IMG/VR virus record: IMGVR_UViG_3300030099_001449
Span: 1-56,039 of that record
Strand: one strand, 5' to 3'
Source of the DNA: a virus
Taxonomy: Duplodnaviria > Caudoviricetes
Length of the DNA: 56,039 bases
Below the pieces are notes generated by a model. The model had not been told where the DNA came from, did not search any database, and saw only the letters and a program-made list of their open reading frames with translations. A program made the position numbers and the translations under genes. Shown here in pieces: positions 1-7,600 of the stretch; positions within the stretch are counted from its first letter, which is position 1; each line of letters opens with the position of its first letter.

Positions 1-84
1 ACGCAACTTGGTACATGTAGCACGATCTATCTTAGTAATCTTTGTCATCTTTGTCTCCTTGTTATAATTAAAAGTAATATAATT

Positions 85-113
85 AATCTAATTGTTGTTT
101 GATTGTAAGTCAA
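85..113 (-). promoter_or_regulatory. Sigma70-like leftward promoter (repeat copy of 55817-55845)
   Basis: Minus strand TTGACT-N17-TAGATT, followed by AAGGAG RBS and ATG. Confidence 0.6.
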
Positions 114-120
114 CCCCTAT

Positions 121-293
121 GTTTACAAATTTACACTATTTACAGTTTCACCAGAAAAAATAAAAAAAAATTTTTTTGAGTGGTTTTGCTTGTAAATCTT
201 GTAAACAGTGTAAACACCCCCAATAAATTAAGGCTCAAACATGCCCTCACCTGTTTACAAGTGTTTACGTTGTTTACACTTTTTCTAGTAAAT
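121..293. repeat. Iteron-like GTTTAC/GTAAAC clusters; candidate origin or packaging site
   Basis: RTTTAC at 121, 129, 138; GTAAAY at 192, 201, 210; GTTTAC at 253, 263, 272; A/T tracts in between. Confidence 0.6.
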
Positions 294-367
294 ATGCTAA
301 AAAGAGGGTTCTTGAAAAAAAACATTTTTTGTAATAATCTTGTTGCCAATAAACAACTGAGGTTGAT

Positions 368-910
368 ATGAAAAATAAACTTACGAATAGACAAAAGACT
401 TTTGCTAGAAAAATCGTGGAGGGTATCTATAGTAATGCAGAGTGTGCTAGGTTGGCAGGATATTCTGAGGAACGAGCCAATGAATATGCTTCCAGACTTT
501 TGAATGGTCGAGACTATCCCCACGTTCTTGAATACATTACCGAACTTCGACAAGAAAAAGAAAGAAAGTATGGGGTCACTCTCATTGGTCAACTCGAAAG
601 ATTGCAGAAACTTTCTATTGGTGCAGAAGAAGAGGGTCAATTTTCGGCAGCTATCAATGCTGAAAAAATTAGGTCTGCCTTGGGTGGACTCACTATTGAT
701 AGAAGAGAAACAACTCATAACATTGACCAGCTATCTAGAGATGAAATAGTTGCAAGGTTATCTGACTTGCAGAAAAAATATCCACAAGCATTTGTGGTTG
801 ATGGTAAATATAAGGACATTACAAATGAGCAGAGGAATGGAAGCAAATCTTTGGAAACAAATGAGGTCGAACTTACCATCAAACATGATAGCAACGAGGA
901 TAGAAAATAG
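368..910 (+). CDS. terS: Terminase small subunit
   Basis: N-terminal LTNRQKTFA...ECARLAGYS...ASRLL HTH typical of TerS; GAGG RBS. Confidence 0.8.
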   Translation: MKNKLTNRQKTFARKIVEGIYSNAECARLAGYSEERANEYASRLLNGRDYPHVLEYITELRQEKERKYGVTLIGQLERLQKLSIGAEEEGQFSAAINAEKIRSALGGLTIDRRETTHNIDQLSRDEIVARLSDLQKKYPQAFVVDGKYKDITNEQRNGSKSLETNEVELTIKHDSNEDRK

Positions 911-1292
911 AGTTGGTGGTGGTATTCCAGATGTGCATTTGCTTTGGTCTGGTCTGCCATTTTGGATGGAATTAAAAACAACAAAAAACAGTAGCGTAAA
1001 AATCTCCCCTCATCAAATCGCTTGGAATTACAAGTATTCTGTAAATGGTGGCTTAAATTTCTTCTTGGTAAAGCACCTCTTTTGGGGTGATCTATTTTTA
1101 TTTCGTGGGGATCAAGGTCCAAGGCTCTTGGATCAAGGACTTTGCGACCTTGCGCCCTTTTATACTCTGCGAGTTTGCGACTTTGCGTCTTTCTTTGCGG
1201 CTCTGCGACCCATTGTGATGGATCATTATAAGAAGAAGCTAGAAAAAGAAAACCCCGGTGCTTGCACCGGGGCCAAGGAAGTAACTGTTTAA
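825..1292 (+). CDS. PD-(D/E)XK nuclease, VRR-NUC/Holliday-junction-resolvase-like
   Basis: E...GIPDV...WMELK...SPHQIAW motif order; start moved from 750 to ATG 825 (AAGGA RBS). Confidence 0.75.
   Translation: MSRGMEANLWKQMRSNLPSNMIATRIENRVGGGIPDVHLLWSGLPFWMELKTTKNSSVKISPHQIAWNYKYSVNGGLNFFLVKHLFWGDLFLFRGDQGPRLLDQGLCDLAPFYTLRVCDFASFFAALRPIVMDHYKKKLEKENPGACTGAKEVTV
1141..1210. repeat. Cluster of seven YTGCG units (TTGCGAC-like)
   Basis: TGCG cores at 1143, 1151, 1168, 1176, 1184, 1196, 1205. Confidence 0.7.
1241..1272 (-). terminator. Intrinsic terminator for the leftward 1296-1976 gene
   Basis: CCCCGGTG-cttg-CACCGGGG stem with an A-rich run on its left (U-rich on minus strand). Confidence 0.7.
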
Positions 1293-1295
1293 ACA

Positions 1296-1976
1296 TTAAT
1301 GTTCTACTATTGCTATTGATTTTGCTAGGCTAGACCCTTTACATAATTTACAAGCTGTACATTGAACCCGTCGTCCAGCTTCTTTTGACGCCGGACATAA
1401 CGCTTCATGTTTTTTATCTAATTCGCCAAGGTCCGCTATAACTCTAAACGTTCTGTTACCTTGCTTCCATTGCATCTTTGCTTGTGTATAATTGTCGGCC
1501 GATTGCATCGCTATATCTGGCCTCCAGTTTGTACGATGTGTGTAAGCCGTCCACGTTGCAGCTTCACTTAATAATTCATCCCAAATATTTTGGGGTACGG
1601 CTCCAGGATCTCCATAGGTCCCAACTCTAACAAAGCGACCCCGACCCATTTCTTGAGGATCACCTGGTTTATAATTACCTTTTACATAAGACTTGTAAAC
1701 AATTGTAGGACCTTGACCCAAGTTAACATAACAACGCCTATTCTTTGCTTGCTTGCGTTTTGGATCTCTTGTTGTATCACCTCTCATAATGCAATCACCA
1801 CATATAGAAAAGTCTGCACCAGTTTTGCTTGCTTCAAGTGGTGGTATTCCATCGACTAAAATATAAGTCTGCACCACTGGTCCAGTCTTTGTATTTGCTT
1901 TTGAAAACATCGCTATTGCTACAATGGGCTTTCCATCGATAACACTAGGACCTTTATATAATATTGCAGATTTCAT
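1296..1976 (-). CDS. Cys-rich phage protein, DUF7227/gp88-like, possibly Fe-S or Zn binding
   Basis: NTKTG, CGDC...CYV, RVGTYGDP, TAYTH, CPA...CTACKLC motifs; has its own promoter, RBS and terminator. Confidence 0.6.
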   Translation of the reverse strand: MKSAILYKGPSVIDGKPIVAIAMFSKANTKTGPVVQTYILVDGIPPLEASKTGADFSICGDCIMRGDTTRDPKRKQAKNRRCYVNLGQGPTIVYKSYVKGNYKPGDPQEMGRGRFVRVGTYGDPGAVPQNIWDELLSEAATWTAYTHRTNWRPDIAMQSADNYTQAKMQWKQGNRTFRVIADLGELDKKHEALCPASKEAGRRVQCTACKLCKGSSLAKSIAIVEH

Positions 1977-2009
1977 TTTACTTCCTTGTAATAATTAAAA
2001 CGTAAATTT

Positions 2010-2038
2010 ATTTTAGTTTATTTATTGTTTGCTTGCAA
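2010..2038 (-). promoter_or_regulatory. Sigma70-like promoter
   Basis: TTGCAA-N17-TAAAAT on minus strand; -35 lies inside palindrome GCTTGCAAGC. Confidence 0.65.
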
Positions 2039-2056
2039 GCTTTTATTTTGAAAAGC

Positions 2057-2096
2057 TTGCGACCTTGCGACCTTTATTCTTTGCGACCTTGCGACC
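2057..2096. repeat. Four TTGCGACC octamers in two tandem pairs
   Basis: Exact copies at 2057, 2065, 2081, 2089. Confidence 0.85.
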
Positions 2097-2108
2097 CTAT
2101 CCCTATAT

Positions 2109-2133
2109 AAAAAAGAGGGTCGTTAGACCCTCT
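2109..2133 (-). terminator. Intrinsic terminator
   Basis: AGAGGGTC-gtta-GACCCTCT stem with A6 on its left (U6 on minus strand). Confidence 0.75.
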
Positions 2134-2137
2134 CATT

Positions 2138-2347
2138 TTAACACCCATTCTCATAGCCATCTGATTTTTTAAATTCGTTACCAAACCATTTATCTTTGTT
2201 GGCATTGTTCCATTCAAGCATATCTTCAAGTTCTTCATCATCAAAGACACCATAGCATTGATGACAAAGAACATGTTCATTTTGTTCAAGTATGGCTCTT
2301 TCATCTTTGTTGAAAGAGCCACATAATTCACATGAAATACTAATCAT
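2138..2347 (-). CDS. Small acidic protein with CxxC...CxxC zinc finger
   Basis: CELC and CHQC; ATGA overlap with upstream ORF. Confidence 0.6.
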   Translation of the reverse strand: MISISCELCGSFNKDERAILEQNEHVLCHQCYGVFDDEELEDMLEWNNANKDKWFGNEFKKSDGYENGC

Positions 2348-2721
2348 GATATCATGTTCCTAGTCGCAGACTTTTCAATAGTATCTTGCGATTTTTCCCA
2401 CATCTTTAATTGTCTTTCATACTCTTCTTTTTCGTATTCCATTGGTCTAGTCCAGATAGAAACTTTTGTTTCTTTTACGATCTCTTCTAAACTATCAGAA
2501 GTGAGACACCACCCACCAATTCCATATTCTGCTTCTAAGAATATATAAAATCTTTGAGAGTTTTCACCAACTTCTCTTTGTTCTGGGTCTTTATGATCAA
2601 CAAAGATTTGATAACCATTAGTGTAAAAGCTAGGGCAAGCATCATTGCCATAGCTACAATTAACCCAACCTTCTGGAATTGTTAGATCTTCAATACATTC
2701 TTCAAAAAAACTTTTAGCCAT
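2344..2721 (-). CDS. Hypothetical early protein
   Basis: Acidic ORF in a coupled operon; SYGNDACPSF motif; start at 2721 or 2727. Confidence 0.65.
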   Translation of the reverse strand: MAKSFFEECIEDLTIPEGWVNCSYGNDACPSFYTNGYQIFVDHKDPEQREVGENSQRFYIFLEAEYGIGGWCLTSDSLEEIVKETKVSIWTRPMEYEKEEYERQLKMWEKSQDTIEKSATRNMIS

Positions 2722-2887
2722 TATCATTTTCCCTTGCTACAAAGATTCCAAAAACAAAAACGATTAAACCAACTACACCCATAATCATACATATGTGTAA
2801 AGGAAGGTCGCTATCTGAAGCAATGGCACTCATATACACAAGTGCCATTCCACAAAAGGACATTACATATCCTAAGAAATTAAGCAT
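2714..2887 (-). CDS. Small two-helix membrane protein, 57 aa (not in ORF track)
   Basis: Manual translation MLNFLGYVMSFCGMALVYMSAIASDSDLPLHICMIMGVVGLIVFVFGIFVARENDNG; fills the operon gap with overlaps at both ends. Confidence 0.6.
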   Translation of the reverse strand: MLNFLGYVMSFCGMALVYMSAIASDSDLPLHICMIMGVVGLIVFVFGIFVARENDNG

Positions 2888-3053
2888 TACTATACTCTTT
2901 CCATTGCTCTAGAATATATTCTGCATAAGTCTTACCATATGAGCCATATTGTTGCTCTATCATATTGAGGGCAGACTCATAAGGCATATCTTGAATAAGA
3001 TCTCCAAGATCTTGCTCAATATCTATTGCTTGATTATTTGAAAATTTTCCCAT
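2880..3053 (-). CDS. Hypothetical early protein
   Basis: Start MGKFSNN after AAGGA RBS. Confidence 0.6.
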   Translation of the reverse strand: MGKFSNNQAIDIEQDLGDLIQDMPYESALNMIEQQYGSYGKTYAEYILEQWKEYSNA

Positions 3054-3078
3054 TGTTTCTTTCCTTATTATATTAAAA

Positions 3079-3345
3079 TTAACTGTATTCTTTTTTCCAG
3101 TCTTCAGTTGCATCAACTAATGAACCATATGTGAGAATATCTTTTACATATGTATCACCATATTCAAAAGAACCATCTTGCATTAATGGTGATGTCGCAG
3201 AAACAAACCACCTAGCGTATTGATCCTTTTTCTCATTTTCTGGCTTTTTATAAGTCTTTAAGACTTTCCATACCCAACCTTGAGAATTAGCATAGATTGC
3301 ATATGGTTCACTTTCTTTTCTAGTTTTTCCAAATGGATTACTCAT
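3079..3345 (-). CDS. Hypothetical phage protein
   Basis: AAGGAAGG RBS; aromatic-rich globular sequence. Confidence 0.7.
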   Translation of the reverse strand: MSNPFGKTRKESEPYAIYANSQGWVWKVLKTYKKPENEKKDQYARWFVSATSPLMQDGSFEYGDTYVKDILTYGSLVDATEDWKKEYS

Positions 3346-3374
3346 AATATATTCCTTCCTTATTAAATTATTGA

Positions 3375-3411
3375 GTGGTTAGATTGTACTAAAAAAACAA
3401 TCTAACCACAA
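3375..3411 (-). promoter_or_regulatory. Promoter embedded in a 13-bp perfect inverted repeat
   Basis: TTGTGG-N17-TACAAT on minus strand; arms GTGGTTAGATTGT (3375-3387) and ACAATCTAACCAC (3397-3409). Confidence 0.55.
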
Positions 3412-3419
3412 GCGATTTA

Positions 3420-3647
3420 TTATTTAAATGTAAATATTTTTTTAGTAAAGGCTTTTACTGTGTATCCATCAACTTCTTGAGTAGTTACAGTTGCCAAACC
3501 TTTTTGAACCATATCTTCTTTAAAAGCCTTTTCAGTTTTCTGTAAATTCTTGATTAGTTCTTTCAATAACTGGTGATGCTCTTTGGCTTGCTCCAGTTTT
3601 AAATCAAAGTTTTGAAAGTACTTATTAACTCTTTTTGTATTTATCAT
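3420..3647 (-). CDS. Hypothetical coiled-coil early protein
   Basis: AAGGAAGG RBS downstream of a strong promoter. Confidence 0.65.
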   Translation of the reverse strand: MINTKRVNKYFQNFDLKLEQAKEHHQLLKELIKNLQKTEKAFKEDMVQKGLATVTTQEVDGYTVKAFTKKIFTFK

Positions 3648-3679
3648 AACTGATTCCTTCCTTATTAAGATAATAATTT

Positions 3680-3708
3680 ATCTTAACTACTTTTAAACAA
3701 TATGTCAA
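3680..3708 (-). promoter_or_regulatory. Strong sigma70-like early promoter
   Basis: TTGACA-N17-TAAGAT on minus strand; 9-bp inverted repeat (3665-3686) overlaps the -10 box. Confidence 0.75.
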
Positions 3709-3977
3709 CAACCCAACAACAATTAATTTACATCTATTCATTTGTTCACCTTTTGTTCCATAGGGGTTACTTGGCTCGTTCGAGCCAAGATTTTAGTTTT
3801 AAGTTTTGGGGGGCAACCCCCCTTTTGGGGTGCGTATGTTGCACATGTGACCTATATGTTTGGTTTTGTAAATTCATTTGAAAATAATTTCATTGCTAGG
3901 TTCCCTAGCCTCCTCTAAAAATTATGGGTGTATTTTCATTTGAAAATTAGTTATACTACCAACAAGGAGCGAGGAAC

Positions 3978-4646
3978 ATGCCATCAGAAGATAGTGTAAC
4001 GTTAAAATCTGTTGCTAGAAAGTTAGCGGAGAGGCGTGGATTAGACCCAGATTTATTTGTTCGTATGATTAATCAGGAGAGTGGTTTTAATCCAAATGCA
4101 AAGAATGAAAAGTCTGGAGCAACGGGCATAGCGCAAGTTATGTCTGAAACTGCGTTTAATCCCGGTTTTGGTATTAAGCCTTTGGAGGATCGGAATGATC
4201 CTTATGAAAGTTTACGATTTGCCGCTGATTATTTAAAGAAGATGTTGGATATGTTTGGTAATTACGAATTAGCCTTGGCTGCGTATAATGCAGGGCCTGG
4301 GAACGTGCAGAAAGCAGGAGGGGTTCCTGATTTTCCAGAGACAAAGAACTATGTAAAATTGATATTGGGTAATACAACTGAAACTACTCGACCCTCTATT
4401 TCCAGTTCGGATCCTGCACAAGGCACTGAAAAGATAGACATAGCTGCGATGATTGAAGATGTATTTGGAGATGATACTTCTAAACTACCTAGACCACCGG
4501 GTTTATCGAGAACGGGCAGAATGAGTAAGATGAGTCCATTAAGTCGTATGCGTGTACCGGGTTTAAGTAATATTGATAGGTTTTCATCCCCTGCTGGTAT
4601 AGCAAGTTTGTTAAGAAAAACACCAAGTAAAAAGAGAGTGATATAG
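3978..4646 (+). CDS. Lytic transglycosylase (SLT domain)
   Basis: QESGFNPNA (catalytic Glu), GIAQVM and AAYNAGPG motifs. Confidence 0.9.
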   Translation: MPSEDSVTLKSVARKLAERRGLDPDLFVRMINQESGFNPNAKNEKSGATGIAQVMSETAFNPGFGIKPLEDRNDPYESLRFAADYLKKMLDMFGNYELALAAYNAGPGNVQKAGGVPDFPETKNYVKLILGNTTETTRPSISSSDPAQGTEKIDIAAMIEDVFGDDTSKLPRPPGLSRTGRMSKMSPLSRMRVPGLSNIDRFSSPAGIASLLRKTPSKKRVI

Positions 4647-4647
4647 C

Positions 4648-7600
4648 ATGGTATGGAATTTAAATGATCAAGGATCTTTGGAAAAAGCTTTTGAAAGGGC
4701 GAATGCTGTTTATGGAGATGCTGGTGGTTCTTTTAGTTTTCAAGGTAAGACATACACCGTTGGTGGTGGTTCTGCACCTACTCAAGACACTGGTGCAAAT
4801 GTTGACACAGGTACTCAACAGAAAGCTCCAACAGACGTATATCTGAAAGCTAACAAACCTGGTTTTAAAAGCATAAGTTCAATACCGGGTGTTCAAGGTC
4901 AACCTGAAAAATTATATTTTACGGATGATCAAGGTAAATCTTATGTCTATGATGTAGATGATGGCGAATATGATTTTGGTACACCTCCATCTGGTGTAAA
5001 CTTGAAACTTACGAATGTTATCTCTGCATCAGGAGATAGTGAAGATAGAAAATTTTTTTCTACCGACATTGATCCAGATGAATTTAGTTTTGCTGGGTTT
5101 ATTGATCCAGAAACCTCTGATCAACAGGCGGCTGAAGCGGCTAGAGAACCCGGATATGAGAAGGGGGCAGCTCAAGAAACACAAGATGCGATTGTCGCCT
5201 ATCAACTTGGACTGACTGATTCGATTGGTGGACAACCCACTGGTGCTTTTGGTGGTGGATCTGGAACCAAGGTACAGTTATCGAGTACGGGTGCGAATGT
5301 TGATAATTTAATGGATCCATTAGCGAATATTATGGAGACATTTACGACTAATCCTTTAACGGATAGTAAGTCAGACGAATATTATCTAGATCAGGTTATT
5401 ACGCAATATAACACGATGGGTGGTCAACAGGCTCAAGATCGTTTTAATTATCTGAAGCAATCTGGTTTGATTGATGACATGTCGAAGTTGGATAGTGTTG
5501 GTGTTCAGCTTGGTTTGAATACGTATACGGGATCTGCGAATGATGGCACGTATACATTTAATCCTGATGCTGATGTTTTTGTTCCTCAACCAGTGGTGAC
5601 ACCAACGGTAACGACAACTCCTGCTACTGATGACTTGCCCCTTGGACCTGAGGACTTTGCTCCTTATCCTACGTTTATACCTACGGGTGGTCCGGGAACT
5701 TTTACGCCTGGTGCTTTACCCGGAACTACAGTCATACCTTCTGGAGTGAGTGGTGATGATCCTTATGATGAGGTAGGAGTGGGTTATGGTGATGAGTTCT
5801 CCATACCTACAGGTGGGGTGATTGGTTTTCCTACTCCAGATTTTTCACCTATTACGATGCAGACGATTGGAACTCAAGATCCAGATACTGTATATGAAAA
5901 AAACTTGATGGGAACTTTTGATACGATACCCATAGGTCCAGAAAGTTTTGCTGAAGTGCCTCCAGACTCTCAACTTTTACAACAAGTTCCACCTGGTTTA
6001 GAATCTGGTGAAGCTAGAACACCTGGTTTTATTAGAGATAGTTTATTTGGAAAAGGTATACAAGACTTTATAACAAATGTTCTAGGAGCATCATCATCAG
6101 CATTAAATGTGGGTGCAAGACCAACTTTTCTTGATGTTGTAAATGAATATGCTAAGACGGGAACATTTCCTACTTATGATCCTAGTATTCAAGGTCCTGG
6201 TGCAGAATTTCTTCAAGATCTTTCTGATCAATCTGCGGAATTTGCTCAACAAAAGTATAAAAGTTTGTCACCAGAAACTAAAGAAATATACGAAAGACCA
6301 GTGTTACCTATTGACTATACAGAAGATCCTCTAGCTTTTAGGGATGCAATGGCTGCTGGCTTAGATCCAGAGGGTCCTCCTGGTTTTTCAATTCCAGATT
6401 TTCTTCCTTTTGGAGGTAGAAGAATAGACCCTAAAGCCTTGAGTTACAAAATTGCTGGATCTGGACCCTCGTACGCTATTCCACTCGCCACAACAGTTTT
6501 CAATCCACCTGCGGGTATAGCACTTGGTGGTCTGGGAGCTGGTGGTGATGCAGCAAGAGATGTTAAGAATACTTTAAACGAAGCTTTTGCTGATGGAGAG
6601 TTACAGAAAACAGATCAATACAAAAAAACTTTACAAATAATAAATGAGTTGCCTGGTTCTGCTGGTTTTTCTGAGGAAGAAAAATCAGCCAAAGCACTTC
6701 AAGCATTAAAAAATGATGTAGATGTGACTACCACAGGTCCAGTTGGTGCGATAGGAGCCTTTTCAACTTATATTCCTTTTATGAAAGTTCCTGGTATAAC
6801 TAAAATAGCATCTCTCTTTCCAAAAAATCCATTTGCTAAAGGTGTTGCTGGTGGTGTTAAGGCTGGAGGAGGCGAATCGTTGACTGAAGGAACAGAATTA
6901 TATGCAAAAGATGTGCTAGGTGTAAAAGGTACAGGGGGGTTAGGTGATGAATACACAACTCCTCAACAACAATACGAGGATGAAATGCTCGCTGCTGCTG
7001 GAATTGGACTTCTTACTGGTCCTTTTTTTAGTGGAGGATCTCCTTCTTCTGCTAATGTTGGTGCTGTTGGTGGAACACCAGAAACAACAACGGAAGAATC
7101 TACGATTTATGATCCAACTAAATCTCCTACGGCTGGAGCTACTGCTACTGCGCCTGCTGGGATTAAAGCGGCACAAGATCAAGTTCCAGAGTTTGACGTT
7201 CAGCCAACTTCATTAGATTTTTTTGCAGCTAAACAAATCATTGAAAACGAAGTAAGCGAAACAGGTTCTTTATCTAACGATACTTTAATAAAATTAACAC
7301 AAGCCACTGGAATACCTATGCAGAATTTAGCTAATATTGCAGAAGGAGGAATGGGTCTTCCATTATCACAAGCCACAGGCACTGGTGAAACAACAGGCAC
7401 TGGTGAAACTCCTATAAAGGATGCAAAAGGAATTATGTCTCTTGATATGAGGGGTATGTTTACTCCAGATGCAAAAGCAAAAGCAGAAGAAAGTTTACAA
7501 CAGGAAGTTGAAGCAGATCAAGTTTTTGAAACAAAGCCAGAGGAAGTTGTAACTCCAGTAGAGGAGACCACAACAAAACAAACTAAAGGAGTAAATCAAG

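Larger units (their letters stand above)
1..306. repeat. Terminal direct repeat, left copy (circularity overlap or terminal redundancy)
   Basis: Matches 55733-56039 except for 5 substitutions and a 1-nt indel, by direct reading. Confidence 0.95.

Noticed and set aside
140-718. Minus-strand 192-aa ORF and similar antisense ORFs (e.g. 715-1296, 27671-28240, 54241-54723)
   Set aside because: Shadows of well-supported genes on the opposite strand; no RBS or recognisable motifs
750-824. Longer start for the nuclease
   Set aside because: Deep overlap with terS; ATG 825 has an RBS and begins the recognisable domain
825-1292. Restriction endonuclease partner for the two methylases
   Set aside because: Resembles a resolvase/VRR-NUC nuclease and is not linked to either methylase
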